Shown: positions 26,277-49,191 of the stretch, piece by piece | How the letters are laid out: each line of letters opens with the position of its first letter | Numbering within the stretch: position 1 is the stretch's first letter | From: Lingula anatina | Lineage: Eukaryota > Animalia > Brachiopoda | DNA length: 64,000 bases | Assembly (NCBI GenBank): GCA_051362555.1 | Contig: CM120644.1 | Coordinates: 194,954-258,953 of the forward strand | Direction of reading: 5' to 3' | The notes under the pieces: model-generated | Told to the model about the DNA's origin: nothing | Databases searched by the model: none | What the model saw: the letters and a program-made list of their open reading frames with translations, nothing else | Translations under genes and position numbers: made by a program

Positions 26277-27550
26277 CGAGATGTATAGAACGGGGCCTTA
26301 ATAATATACATACTTTTCCCCTTCGTTATTCCACATTCCCTTCCCCGTCATATTTACTTTAATTGATTGAATTCAACTGAGTTAAGGTTGTATCGCTTCA
26401 CTTCAATTTTTCTTCTGTGATATGAAATGTTCTGAGGACGTGTATATTGTGCTTGCCGGAAAATGTTGAAATGACTAAACCTCAAACTTTGATCCAGAAT
26501 GATTGAACTTGGTAAACGTGAATCAGATGGTGTTCAGTCATCACGAATGGAACATTGTAGAAAATTATCGTTAAAACATGTATATATAATGTCACATCGA
26601 GGAGAAGGAAATATAAATATAGCAATGAAATAAAAATAAAGAATTATTTAAGACAAAATCTGGTTGCACATTCCTTTATATATGAGCTTTTTTCAGATAC
26701 ATTCAGTAATTGCTCAAATTATAGTTAAAGTAAAACTTTTAAAGACATGTATAGATGACGAGATGTTAGAGCCAAGTACCAGTCGTTCTTGAAAGATATG
26801 GGATGATTCGTCTTTTTACATATTATTGGCAATGTTAACTTCAATTCTGAAATTCATTCCAAACGCTATACCTATCTATCCATCCATCTATCTATCTATC
26901 TATCTATCTATCTATTAATTTATTTATTGATGCCAAAGTCATGATAAATGTATATTCCGTCTTCCCCATTGCCTTCCAAGGAAAAACGGTTATTGAGATT
27001 TTCGGTTTATGTCAAACGAATGTTGAACATTAACTGTCGTTAGAACACAAGTCCCCACGTACGATCTTGAATATCGTTGACTTGACGTCTAATGATATTG
27101 TACAATTGTCCTGCCATGCTAAGAACATATAGAGATAATCAGTCAACGGGAAATACGCCCTGTATGTCTCAATACGTGTAAATCAGATTGGGATTTTTTT
27201 TTAATGTAACTATTTGCATTCCATTGTCACACTTGTCTTTTACATTTGCAACACAAAGACACCATGTTGATTGATGACTTTTTTATTTAGAGATATGTAA
27301 AAATAACCATTGAAATCGTCTTGTAAGACTGCAAAAAGAAAACATGGTGATACGCCGCTGGTGAAATGATCCTTAATGCATCCCTTAGCCAGACGTACCA
27401 TCTGGAGATGCATTGAAGAGATTACTATATTTGAATGTTTGTTCACTTTCAGATATTTTTATTTTTGTCTCTAATGGCTTTTTAGTAAGTTCGTGTGTGA
27501 ACCGTGTACAAGCGTGACTACGCCTCTGGCATCTTACCTTTACCCACTGT

Positions 27551-28660
27551 ACACATACACCGCACACATACACCGCACACATATACCACACACATACACC
27601 GCACACATATACCACACACATACACCGCACACATATACCACACACATATACCACACACATGTACCACACACTTACACCACACACATGTACCACACACTTA
27701 CATCACACACATATACCACACACTTACATCACACACATATACCACACACTTACATCACACACATATACCACACACTTACATCACACACATGTACCACACA
27801 CTTACATCACACACATGTACCACACACATATACCACACACATATACCACACACTTACATCACACACATATACCACACACTTACATCACACACATATATAC
27901 CACACACTTACATCACACACATGTACCACACACTTACATCACACACATATACCACACACATATACCACACACATATACCACACACTTACATCACACACAT
28001 ATACCACACACTTACATCACACACATATACCACACACTTACATCACACACATATACCACACACATATACCACACACTTACATCACACACATATACCACAC
28101 ACATATACCACACACTTACATCACACACATGTACCACACACTTACATCACACACATGTACCACACACATATACCACACACATATACCACACACTTACATC
28201 ACACACATATACCACACACTTACATCACACACATATATACCACACACTTACATCACACACATGTACCACACACTTACATCACACACATATACCACACACT
28301 TACATCACACACATATACCACACACTTACATCACACACATATACCACACACTTACATCACACACACATATACCACACACTTACATCACACACATGTACCA
28401 CACACTTACATCACACACATATACCACACACTTACATCACACACATATACCACACACTTACATCACACACATATACCACACACTTACATCACACACATGT
28501 ACCACACACTTACATCACACACATGTACCACACACTTACATCACACACATATACCACACACTTACATCACACACATGTACCACACACTTACATCACACAC
28601 ATATACCACACACATATACCACACACTTACATCACACACATATACCACACACAACACACA
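27551..28660. repeat. AC-rich complex minisatellite
   Basis: Alternating TACCACACACT / TACATCACACACA(T/TG) subunits. Explains three overlapping H/T/Y-rich ORFs. Confidence 0.95.
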
Positions 28661-29402
28661 ATTAATGTTCTTCCACGGTGTTCCACGATGTTCCGCCTCA
28701 TGGCAGGGTGCTGTAGCCGACAATACACACTAGAATTTTAGGACCGTTTACCTTTTTTGTCTTTTTCTGAAGATTGGTCCAAGACTGATTAAAGTTTCAA
28801 ACTCAGATGAGTGATACAGTAATTAACCCACCTTGCTTCGATGGATTCGCTCGAGGTGGGTTCCACCAGTTTCAAAATTAAACCGGAAATAGCTATCGAG
28901 TTGTTTCATGATGTTGTTTAGTCAGTATCAGAGTTATTTAGTCAGTTTCTATTTTAAATTGCCTCAGAAATGAGCATGGCTGTGCTCCAACCCTGCAAAC
29001 AATGAGACCAAAACCGTCACTTAATTAACTCTGTTCTTAGTCATAGCTATAAATAACTCTCTGGAACACGGTTTATGTGGAGAGATTGATGAGAAGATCA
29101 GCCCTGCGCCACCTGCGTCCCTCCTCATACTGGGATTGTGGCTTAATCCGTGTTAACCACAGGGTGACGGTGACTTGATTAACTAAGATGTTTGACAAAT
29201 CAGACAAATGCCACAGAGGACTGCGAAAGTTTGTTGATTTCAGTGATTTACTGGTTGACCGAGGCCCATAGGGGCAGTGTATGTTTGGGGAGTGGGGGGG
29301 GGGGGGGGGGGGGGGGGGGGGGAGGAGGGGGGGGGGAGGAGGGGGGGGCTAAGGATGTTCTTTGGCTCCAATATGCTTACTGGCAATGTTTTTCTGTCTT
29401 CA

Positions 29403-29447
<45 letters not shown>

Positions 29448-30677
29448 ATGTCTGTGATTATTCGTTTGTGTGCACCTGATTTTGTTTGCTCGTGTCCGTG
29501 TGCGTTTTCGATGAAATACAGCATAATGGAAACGACTGAAAACATATGTTTAAGTGAAGAAAGATATATTCACCTTCCTTTACCTGTGGTAGGCGCATCC
29601 TGTGAAGTGACGGCGACATCGAAATGTTATCTTTATAACGTATTGCCTTCACACATAACTCGGAGCCTAATTAAGCAACCAAGATCTTGGAAAAAAATTA
29701 AAGCGTACAAGCAACAACAGAAATGTTTCCTTTTTAAAAACCTTTGGCTGACTTCAACCTGATATATGTTATATGGTGCCACTCAAATAGCTAGCTGGTT
29801 CCTATTTTCTTTATTCTCCAGGTGACGTCAACTAGTCTATCGTTGGTCTACGTTTGCTCTGATGTGAACATGCATTGACCAAGCGGACGATCCTTTTACT
29901 TCCTGAAACCAGTGATTCGTATCAAATAAGTTAAAATCGTTTTCGTGTCTTATTACGTGTGGAGATCTGGCTTCCGACGTATGACGGACAGAAAGGTTAC
30001 TGAAAGCTGAACTCAAGTTGAAAGAATTAGATTTTTTCAGCAGAGGGATATACATGAGTTTCTACTTCACTGCTATTTTAAGTTTTTTCTTTTATTCCAT
30101 CTTTTTATCTTTCTCTCTTTCTTTCTGTGGTAGTATACTCAAACCGTCTTTGGTAGTATACTCAAACCTTAAAAGTTTACAAATGAGAGGAAGAAATGGA
30201 TGTTTTTTACTGATTTAGTAAATACGAAGACAGTTGTTGTATTAGGTCAAAATAATCAGGATTTAGTCTTGTTCTCTAGTCTTGTTAGCCTTGTTTAACT
30301 ATAAATGTACAAAGGGAAAATTTGTGAGATCTGTCACCAGATCCCCTGACGCAGTAGTTATTGTTAAAAGATACATTAATAACTAAAAGAAAAAACTGAA
30401 AAAAAAAAAACGTGAATGAATGACCGGTAACAGTAAGATTGATTCGTAGAAATCACACGACGGTGCCTTAATTAAAGTGCTCGGCTTCCTGATAACAAAA
30501 TAAAAGTACATGTGGGAATACATGTACCAGTAGGTTAAACGTGCACACTGCAGGCGTCTTCCCACTGGAGTTGGGCCGACCGATCTCAGTCTGACCTGTA
30601 GACTTACATGGTGTTGTTTACCTTGTCATAGGAGGTCACCTTTACTGCACAATACCTTCTCGCAGTACACTAGTACG

Positions 30678-31055
30678 GGTGGGACATCAGAGGGGCTGGA
30701 TTGCCCGGCTGTGGTGAGGTAATCGTAATGCCACATGTTGATTACAATGGCAGCAGGTGGGACATCAGAAGGGTTGGATTGCCCGGCTGTGGTGAGGTAA
30801 TCGTAATGGCACAAGTTGATTACAAAGGCAGCAGGTGGGACATCAAAAGGGTTGGATTGCCCGGCTTTGGTGAGGTAATCGTAATGGTAAAGGCTGATTA
30901 CTCTAGCGGCGGGTGGGGTAACAGAAAGGTTGGATTGGCCGGGCTGTGTTGAGGTAATCGTAATGGCAAAGGCTGATTACGCTAGCGGCGGGTGGGGCAA
31001 CAGAAGGGTTGGATTGGCCGGGCTATGTTGAAGTAATCGTAATGCCACAGGCTCA
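30678..31055. repeat. 78-bp tandem repeat, about 5 diverging copies
   Basis: GGTGGGACATCAGAAGGGTTGGATTGCCCGGCTGTGGTGAGGTAATCGTAATG... recurs at 30678, 30756, 30834 and onward. Confidence 0.9.
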
Positions 31056-32273
31056 TAACAGACGGGAGACACAATTCATATCATTAGCACGGTTAGCTGT
31101 GACGTACTGAAGAAAGACGGAAAGTCTCGGGAGGAGATAATGACCACTCACGTTTTTGTCTTGGATATAAAATCGTGCAATGTAACTTGATATATTTGCC
31201 AGCGTCAGCTATGATGTAAGGAAGACAACCTCGCGAGATCATAACCACATTTGTCTATAATGTAAAAATTGGAAAGTGTAACTTGATATATTTATCATTT
31301 TGTTGTATATTCACTCAAACAGGAAATGGGGTTTCCGTCGTGTTGTCGCACCGATAGCTATAAATTATAAAGGAAAATCTTAGGATGGGATAATGACTTT
31401 CTAACCTTTTGTCTTTAAAATAGAAATCGTGCAATGTAACTTGATATATTTGTCACAGGTAGTCGTGACGTGAGAAAGAAGGTCTCATGAGAAGTCATGT
31501 CCCTTTCTTTAATACAGAAATCGTGCTTTGTAAGTTGATACATTTGTCACTTTGTTAAATTAACACTGTACCACGACATGCTTTCTCTGTGTGACTTCAC
31601 GCGGTTGGTTTGAGTGCAGACGATATTTTCCCCCATTGCACTTCAGGTGGGCCGGTGAGGTGCGGATGATTTGATAACTTGCGTGTCACCAAGTGAGGCA
31701 GAAACCTCTCCAGACGCACCATCTACGTTGTCAAGTATTAAGAGCGCTGTTTTGTCAAGCACATGAATTCCGTCTCCATCATCCACGCCATATGGGTGAC
31801 CACAATTTTCTGAACGATCCCTAAATCACAGCCACTGTGTGTGTTGGTCTAGGTGTGGACAGACGATGATGTTGCAGTAGATATTTGCACACTTAAAACC
31901 TTAATGACGACGGCAGGTAAAATAATATCCCCAAAGTCTGGAACTTTTTCTCTGCTCTGAGATGAGCTCAATCCTATGCACATTGAGGCAGCACAGCCAA
32001 AGGAAATATGTGAATATCTAATGAAAGATCAACCAGTGGCCCTAGCTGGTAGAGGGTATACGTTACCACTCTTTCAGCAGTGACAGGAACTGTCCAGGGT
32101 GACTTATGTTAACCTTGCTAATATTGTGCAGAAATTTCACAGGGACTCTCACTGTATGTCAACAGATTAGCAGACTAAAAACTTAATCTAGAGAATATTC
32201 CAATCCTCTCAACCTGTGTTAATTAAAGGAATATCTTGTGTAGAATCTATCATCAGGCTGAATGTACCGGTGT

Positions 32274-32387
32274 GTTAGGAATGGTAGTGCTAGGAATGGT
32301 AGTGCTAGGAATGGTAGTGCTAGGAATGGTAGTGCTAGGAGTGGTAGTGTTAGGAATGGTAGTGCTAGGAATGGTAGTGCTAGGAAT
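32274..32387. repeat. 15-bp tandem repeat
   Basis: Unit GGAATGGTAGTGCTA, about 7 copies. Confidence 0.9.
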
Positions 32388-32606
32388 TGAAATCCTGGGT
32401 CCCATATGATTAGTACAGGTTAGGGTTAGTTGGACTATCAGGGTTAGTATATGGGACAAATGTTACCTGCACAATGTAATAGTCCTTGCGGACTACCATT
32501 TTTGTCACACCGGTCTTTTCCTAACATTTATCGAAGTGACTTGCTATTGTATTGTAAGGCTTAAGATTTGTGTTGCAACAATTTCAGTTTCTATAATAGA
32601 CAAATG

Positions 32607-32609
<3 letters not shown>

Positions 32610-32644
<35 letters not shown>

Positions 32645-32842
32645 AGAGAGAGAGAGAGAGAGAGAGCTAGAGAGAGAGAGAGAGAGCTAGAGAGAGGGAG
32701 AGAGAGAGAGCTAGAGAGAGAGAGAGAGAGCTAGAGAGAGAGAGAGAGAGAGAGAGAGCTAGAGAGAGAGAGAGAGCTAGAGAGAGAGAGAGAGAGAGTG
32801 AGAGATCTAGAGAGAGAGAGAGAGCTAGAGAGAGAGAGAGCT

Positions 32843-32876
<34 letters not shown>

Positions 32877-32901
32877 CTAGAGCTAGAGAGAGAGAGCTAG
32901 A

Positions 32902-32932
<31 letters not shown>

Positions 32933-32933
32933 C

Positions 32934-33021
<88 letters not shown>

Positions 33022-33023
33022 GA
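32610..33023. repeat. (GA)n microsatellite with CTA interruptions
   Basis: Directly visible. Confidence 0.95.
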
Positions 33024-36000
33024 GTTCAAATTTATGTCTATTGGTGTATTGTCAGTGGAATATAGTGGACGTCGCTCCTCTACCAATGCACCAAAATAAA
33101 TATTATGTTTTCAGAAACTTTTTTATTTAACAAGAATTGCATGTTTTAAAAACGTTATTATTTTAAATGAACATCAACAAATTATTTGTGCAGTATATAA
33201 AGATGGTGAATAGGCCCTATAATAACTTTCAACATAAAAATATCAACTAATGAGGTATACCTTAGCAGTTTCTTGACTATGTTTAACCATAACGTTATGC
33301 AAATGTTTCTTTTCTCCATATTATCAACACAAAATTTTATAACGTTATCAAAAACGTGTTTATTATGTAAAAAAAGATAGAAACATTAACGTTTCTTAAA
33401 CATTTCTGTGTTTACTGGGTGTATTGCTTAGTTATAATCATCCAGAAATTGAAGCCCATAAAGGGAAACGCCAAGAGAGACGTACATTATAGAATACAAA
33501 CCCTGACAATACAATCATCCTTCTAAACCGCATCGGAAGATGTTTGCCAATCTCGGCAACTCTTGGAAGCCTTATAAATGGTTTACTTCTGCCAACAAGA
33601 AGTGAGCGGGGATTAGAAAGGATTTACTCTCCGGTTGGCTGTTTGTACAGGAAGTGTGAGCCAAGCTGATATTTGATTTCAAAAGGTTTCCCGGAGACGG
33701 CATCGCTTACAAAAGATTCATTCATTTTTCATTTTTTTTCCATTTTCCCCCAAAACAAATCAATGTCGGGCACGTGTTTAGAACAAAACAATTTGCTGGA
33801 TTCCAGTTCAGTGTATAGCTCTGTGTTAATCATGATAAGCTTGTGGCGGCATTTCAGCTTTTAGCAAACTCATATTATACAAGGCATGAAAAGCTGACAT
33901 CTTAAAAGTTGGCGCTACATCACAATAGCAAGTGCTATATCAGTAATTTGCTGGTACCTCTCAAAACTCAAAAGCCATTTTTTGTTTTAGGCTGTTAAAT
34001 CAGAACACGATAACCATATATCGTGTTTTCTCTGGCTGCATAAAGGCAGCTACTACACCACCAGGGTGTGGTTTAGGTGTGGCAAGGACAACAAACTTTC
34101 AGCTTTTACTGTCGTTTAGGGAATATTACATGTTATGGACCGGCTGGCGGGAATGGTCCGTTAGAAACTGAGTCCGTTCTGTTTATAATATCTCAGGGTT
34201 GTATCCCACGGTTGTATCCCATTATTATATCTCAGGGTCGTATCCCGTTATTGCATCCCATGGCCAGGATCGTATCCCGTTATTGTATCCCTTTACTTTA
34301 CCCCAGGGTACTTTCCGATTATTGTTTCCCACTTTTGTACCCCATTAGAATATCCCAGAGTTGTGTCCCATTACTTTATCCCATGGAAAGATACGATTAT
34401 TGTTTCCCACTATTTTATCCCATTATTGTATCCCATTACTATATCTCGGTGTCAAGATTAGCTACCTCAGTCTGATAGACGCTTGCACCCCCCTCCCCCT
34501 CTCCCCCCTCCCCCTTTATCCTCAAATAGCAGGGTCATCTGATGTGACGCTTCTTAATTCAATAACAACGCTAACAGACCAAAGGCAACGTCTTTAAACT
34601 TGGCCCGAATTAACCATGTAAGTCTTCAATAGAAATGTTTATCTTGTGTTGGTTTAAGAATCATCGACTGTCCCGCATCTAACCCCAGGCAGACGGGAAG
34701 CTATAGATGTCTGTCAAGTATATGATGATAGCAGTATCAATAAGAAAGCCACGGGAACCTGTCACCTGTCGGTAGCTTTACTGCCGAGTGCTCATGAAAC
34801 AGCTCTCGTTTATGGACAGGAACTATAAGTCTATAAAACATTGGATATAACGATGTTGTTTGTTTAGAGCTGTATTTTTTTTTCTTTATTTCATTTTTTT
34901 TTACGCCGAGCTCCGTCACTTCAGAGAAAGAAAAAATTAAGACAATGAAAGTGAATGTATGCTAACAAATGGGAGATAAAAACGGAAGAAAAAATTCCAT
35001 CCTCCAATCAATAGTAGAAAACTCAACCTCATTGTTTTACCGTTAAAACGCATGTACGTAAAATGAAACAAGATGACGCATTTGACAGAATTTCAGGGAA
35101 CAATTCTAGATTTTCCCCACCGTTCCAGTACTAACTACTATGATTTCCAATAGCACGTGGCACGACTCGTTGTTATACAACAGCGATTATTTCCAGTCAC
35201 TACCCGCGTCACACTGCCGTGGCAGGCTGTTGGAAGGTTTCCACATGCCGCGTGCTTGGAGATTTAATTAAGATTTTTGTCACATAACCCACGCTCGAGG
35301 CAACTTGTCAGAGTTTAGGTTGTGAAATTTCACCAAACACGACATGGTTGTTTTCTGCTACACATGGTCAAACATGGATACCGTACCAATAGAAATAGTG
35401 GTTTTTATTTGTCTCGGGTCCATTAGATTTTAAATATCGAGTTCAAGAATATAGATATGCATATGACATTTAAAACAAAATAAACAAATGACATTTTTCT
35501 TTTTATTATTTTATTTACACTATTATATACATAACAATATACAACAAAACGTATGTTCATGCAAATTTGCTAGGTTAAAAAGAGGATCTAAAAGTATCCA
35601 TAATTTCCAATGAACACATCAGGTACCGCAGTGTTAGAATTCGGTCACGACAACAGAAGCCTCACAATGTATTCAAAGTCCGCAGTCGGGGTCGTGAAAG
35701 TCAATGAAGCTCTAGAACCGCCACTGTTCTCTCGACTTCAAATCCACTGAAGGCTTATATGAACACAGCGCCGCCTACGAGAGTTCAGACAGGTAGCCCG
35801 GGAAATCAGTCATTTTCTTCTTTTCCATATTTTTTTTCAACTTTTTTTCACATTTCGCAATTCAGACATTTTCATCTAGGTATGTTTTTGACCATTTCAT
35901 ACAAGATCAAATTCATTACGTCACTGCTCTCCACATTTACGATGTCATTTTAAGTACGTCATACAACTTCATATATATTACGTCACACCCATCTCCATAA

Positions 36001-36240
36001 CAACAGTGGTGCAAGTCACCAGGTACAACACCACATTTATGAAGTCGGTGCTCGCACATTCATCACGAGGTCATAACACTGTTCATTACGTTTATGAAGT
36101 CGCCGTGCTAAAACTTAATGATACTATGACCTTCTGTTGTCATGGCTTATATCAAGATGTCACATTCTTGAATATCTATAATTTACTGTCAACTGTTTCC
36201 CCAAAGCTTCAAGCTAAATCATTTAAATCGAATATTTTTT

Positions 36241-43968
<7,728 letters not shown>

Positions 43969-44123
43969 CTTTCACATATGATATCCTCAGTATCACTGGC
44001 CACAGACTGTTTAATAGACTTAGAAACCCATTTGTCGAATCATGACACACGATGCTGTCTTCTGAGTAGAATAATCAATAATTCTCGCATGCAAAATAAA
44101 AATTAGTCTTGATAAATGAAAAC

Positions 44124-44151
44124 AAAATGGCCGCCTTGTTTCTATGGATAC
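44124..44151 (-). promoter_or_regulatory. CATIP promoter: RFX X-box with adjacent YY1-like motif
   Basis: GTTTCTATGGATAC (44138-44151) fits the X-box consensus GTTNCCATGGNAAC, about 170 nt upstream of the ATG of a ciliary gene. AAAATGGCCGCC lies at 44124-44135. Confidence 0.7.
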
Positions 44152-45630
44152 CTTCAACTATAGATGTCGCTTCAAGACAAGTAACACAAGACAACTCAGC
44201 CACATTAAATGAAAGAACGATTTTTCATGCTTCCTATAAATAATTTAACACGCATCATACAAAACGACAGCCAAACTTCTTTTTCAAATATAATTGATTT
44301 GTGTGAAATATGTGTTGGCCTTGTCTTGTTTTAGACATTGCCACAAGTGTCGCTAAAATCGGTTCACATTACATTAATTGTGCTCCACTTCACAACTAAC
44401 ACAATTGTTTAAATTTTGACAGAAATATGTTTCCGTCGCAGGCTTCGCTGTCTGGGGCGGGGTGGGGGTTTAGGGTCTTCGGGAGTGGGTGTGTGGGGAG
44501 TGGGGAGGACGGGAGTGAGAATTATTGTTTAGGTCGGTGCACTAATTTAGTTGCAGGCTTTTAAAAACGCTTTGTCATAATAACATGATAGCTATAGGGC
44601 CTTGTATTTACCAGTAGGCCTATACCCCAGTAGATACCTTTGAAATTTTGAAATATACATAAAAATTAAGCACTTTTTGGAAAAACCTGCAAAGTGACAT
44701 CACCCCTTACAATAAACACAGGACAAAAAGGATAGGGACCTATTAAAAAGATACCCCCCCCCCCCCCAAATCATCTTATGATGAAAGTAGCTAGCTCACA
44801 TTCTTCAAAAAAATATCACAAAAATGCATGTCAGTGATAATTTGTGCAGTAAACATCTACATATAAAATCTTGCCGTGTACTTCCCTTAATTTAGTAGGC
44901 TAATTTTCTAGTTTATCTATGGCCCTACATAACAGGGATACATGTAGGCCAATATATGAGTTTTCAGATTAGTAGGCCTACTTCAGGCAAAACGCAATCC
45001 GAAGATTCCTAGCTAGGTTCGTTCTCTCAAACTTAACGCAAGGTAGCACAGAGAAAGGCCAAGTTCGCATAGACTTTTAGTAGCCAGTCAGGTGTTTTAT
45101 ATTTAGTCTAACGTTAGGTAACTACAACGATGTGAAATCTACAAATTCGGAACTGTCGTCTGCGTCTCTCGTTTCTTTTTTCTCTCTCCCATATAAATTC
45201 TCCCGTAACCCTAGGCCTGTCAAAAGTCGCCTTATGTATAAGGCATTTGTTTTCTATAATTTACTTCGTCTTTCAATACAATTCAACAGATTCAAGAACA
45301 TGAAAAAGTAGGCCTTTTTATTTTTCTAAATCATTAAAGATATCACAAACGCTTGAATTTTCCATATGGTAAAAATATCAATGTGGATAGAGCAGCTACC
45401 CTTTCTTTATTTAAAGAAACGTTTTGACGCTGTAAGCTAAAGAAATTGCTACTTCCAAGTGCAAATTCGTTCATTTTCGGTACCTTAATGTAAACACCGA
45501 AAAGTTCCGTCCACATTTTTACTTCAGCCGTTATTAAGTTGGTCACGAGTCATTATGTTGATCACGTGCTATTTACGGTGATCACGTGTTATAAAGCTGA
45601 TGACGTGTTGTTTAGTTGATCACGTGTTAT

Positions 45631-46336
45631 TTAGTTGGGGAACATGTGGGACCAGGGGTTGACGTATTGGTCAGGGTCAGGTGATCGCACGTACTGCCCG
45701 TCACTCAGGTTTTGAATGTCGTCAGGCGATAAAGCAACATCGTAGAACACAATCTGAAAATCATAAAAATATTTTTAGAAATACCGAGATCAGTTAAAAA
45801 GTATGTCCAATCTTTTGGTACTGTTGTGGAGTCCTCGTCTTATTATTTACATTTATGTCGTGAGTATTTTATCCGTTTACACATGCATCTATTTAAGACT
45901 GTTCAATACTCGTGTCTTTTGATAACGAGATCTCTGTATGGAGAGAGCACACTTACGTTGTCCAGCAATCCCTTAAAGAACGTGTCTCCGTGTCCCAGTG
46001 TGACGTCAGAGTAACGATCTACGCCTATCACCATCGGGGAACCTTTCAGCTTTTTAGGAAATCCTTGGAAAGATAAAAATATCATTTCTGTTAGTTACTT
46101 CTGTTACAATGTATGCAGGCCGTTCAGGGCCCCGTAACCCAAAAACATCGCGCATTGCGACCGAGCGCAAGCGTCTCGATTCCATAACGCGCCCCATATA
46201 TTAATACACTGTAGCCTCTATGTGATATCGCTATTCGCAATACGCGATGCTTTGGAGTTACTGGTCCCAGAATGAGTTAAGGGGCAATAGCTGGTGCGCA
46301 CTTACTCTACGAGGACTGAGCGGCCCTTATACCATA

Positions 46337-46370
<34 letters not shown>

Positions 46371-47028
46371 TTACTACTACGACGACGACGACGACGACTA
46401 AGTACCACAGTTCCTGTTGCTGCCGCTGCTGCTGCAATATTTTTATCACTACGACCGTGGCCAATGATACTGTATTCTACTTGCAGTTAATTAATAGTGC
46501 CCAGGTAACTTAACACAAATGTGGTGGAGAATTTAAATGTATTACAGATCCCTCTGAATTATATTATTTTTTTTTACCAATATTGACATTAAAAGAACAA
46601 AAACAAGGGATTAATATACCAATGATCTCCGTTGTATGGCGCTCCTCTCCGTCCACATAGATAAAGTAATGTGTTCCGTTGAATACAAAAGCCACGTGGT
46701 GCCAGATGTTGTCACCCACTGGACGAGCCTGGAACAGGGGTTATATTCTAAACTACAGTCAACTTCATAGAGCAATAATATACTAATTTATTTCGACGAC
46801 TTTGCTGTCTATAACTTACGTACATTTCATTTTGCACATTAGCGTAGACTATTAAACGCGTAAAAAAGGTGCAAAAATCACATTTTAGGCACAAGAACGA
46901 CAGCGCTCTGGCGACGACAAAAAGCTGAATATCGATGTGAATATCTTCATTTGCAACTTAAGTTGAAAAGTCGGACTTAGCAGTAAACATACTGTACAAA
47001 AATAAACAAAAATTACTTAGCACAAGCC

Positions 47029-47064
<36 letters not shown>

Positions 47065-49156
47065 GGCCTATTATTATTATTATTATTATTATTTGCTTTA
47101 AGCTGGCGGTGAGAAATAAAACCTGTGGTAAATAAATTTCATTAATGACCCATCTACCAAGCTAATGAACATTATTGCTCATATACTGCGCTTACTTCAA
47201 AGGCGGAATATGAAGTAATCTTACCCCGTCCCCAATAAGGAACGGATATTCGTCTATCTCGGTCACCACCTCGCCGCCCAGTCTGTTAGGCTCAGAGTAG
47301 ATCTGAATGGACGGCCGGATCTCCTCCTGTCCGTTATTGACCAACCCCATCCGGTTTGTCAACTGAGGATCACGCTTGTAGAAGAAGGCTGCAGTAAAAC
47401 GCCGGAAAGCGCGGTTCATGAAGTGTGGAATCTCGAGGTGCGCTCCTCCTGCAAGCTTGCAGACGGTGCCGACATCTCGCGGTGGTCCACCATTCACCAG
47501 TGTTATAAACCCATACAGCCCTGTCCATACCTTGCCACTACTAGACTTCAGCACTGACCCCTCACAGTCGTAAAGAATTTCTTTTCCTTGAACTGAGACG
47601 ATAAAAAATACCTTTAGATAATTCAAATTAATTCCAGTTCAAATTCTAAAATTACCCATTCACAGCATGCATGTTTATTCATTTAATTTCCCATGAAAAT
47701 AACTGTTAGACAGAGGTTGTATTAATTCACATCTAATTTCTTTAAAAACACATTTAATTCTCTAATCATATACATTTTTTTACCAATAATAATGAGAGAA
47801 AATAAGTTCTATCGTGTACCTCTCGCACAGTCACAGGTGGCGACAGTGAACTCCATCGGTCCACAAGACACGACCTCGTAGATACCATCATATACCCGGA
47901 TGTAGGCGTGGCTGTCATTCTTCACTGAGAACCGCACGAGGCGCTGCCTGTCCTGACACTGCTCTGGAAACATGAACAGCTAAATTACAGAGATGTGACC
48001 GGCGCACACTGCGGACTACGTGCTGAGCTACTTCTGGCCATGCGTTGGCTGACCCGTCAGGTTACTGTGTGCGTGAGACTGACTTCACCCCTTTACACTG
48101 TAAGCGCCAGCAAGGAGTTATAACAGTTACTTGGCGCCAGTTACTAGCAGGTAATTTTGCAAACAGCAGGAGGGACAGCAAAACTTTTGAGAAAGTTTTT
48201 AAGCTTGGGGTTCAGTTAGGTCCTGTGCCTGCATATATTCCAGGTTTGGTGTACGTCTTGAAACAGGAGTTTAATAAAAAAAAAATCGCTGAACGAACGA
48301 ACACAGTGACCCCTGCGGAGCGGACAGCTCAGCCGACAGCCCTCCGTGTGCGCTCGGCTTAACGTCAAGGCCAAAAGCTCTGCAGAATTGTATTCTTAAA
48401 TATAAACTTTGATTTATATAAATTCGTAAAAAAAAAGACCCAAAAGACAAACCAAAAAAATCGCACACATTCTATAACAAATAAACACACTCCATAACAA
48501 ATGAAGACTCACCATAACAAATAAACACACTCTATTATAAATAGTCTTAAAAAGTTTGCGTAAGGTACCATTTGCATTCTTATCCAAACAAACGTGCGCA
48601 CACTCAATCATGCACTCACGTGCACGCGTAGAGGCCGCTATTTACCAAACATACCTCCAAAGAGCTCCGGGTCTACGGTGGGCCTGGGGGTGGTCGTAGC
48701 ATTGGTCTCCGTAAACTCAAACCTGCCTATTGCTGTGAGGAAAACGATTACCTTGGTTATTTATTTGATGTCCTTTGAACATTGAAGTTAACATTTTCGA
48801 CATTCTACTGATAATATGTACTAGTTCATAAAAGGCAAAATCATTAGTTTTAAAGTCATATCACTATAAACAAATGGCTTTAGTAATTTCCTGATAAAAC
48901 AGCCCCTGTACTTGTTCACTGTCAACAGTTTTCCCCACTAGCTGTCCACTGTCCAGTATTAACTGGTCACTTACGTCCGCAGTGGTCATCCGGTATTGGT
49001 CGCTCCCCGCAGTTTATGCTAACACAGTAGTCGCAGTACAAATTCTCCGGGTGAAATAACGTGTTGTTCGGACATGTCTGGAAGATATGAAAGGAATTAT
49101 AAAACAAGTGCATCCCTTTGTGTCTTCTTATAGAATTAAAAGAAACAAAAAGGAAA

Positions 49157-49191
<35 letters not shown>

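Noticed and set aside
27493-28741. Three 360-409 aa His/Thr-rich ORFs as a metal-binding protein
   Set aside because: All three frames are open because the AC-rich repeat lacks stop codons. There is no signal peptide or splice support.
47995-48362. Possible Harbinger MITE in a Pif-like intron
   Set aside because: Only a short imperfect inverted match (GCGCACAC) and no convincing TSD.
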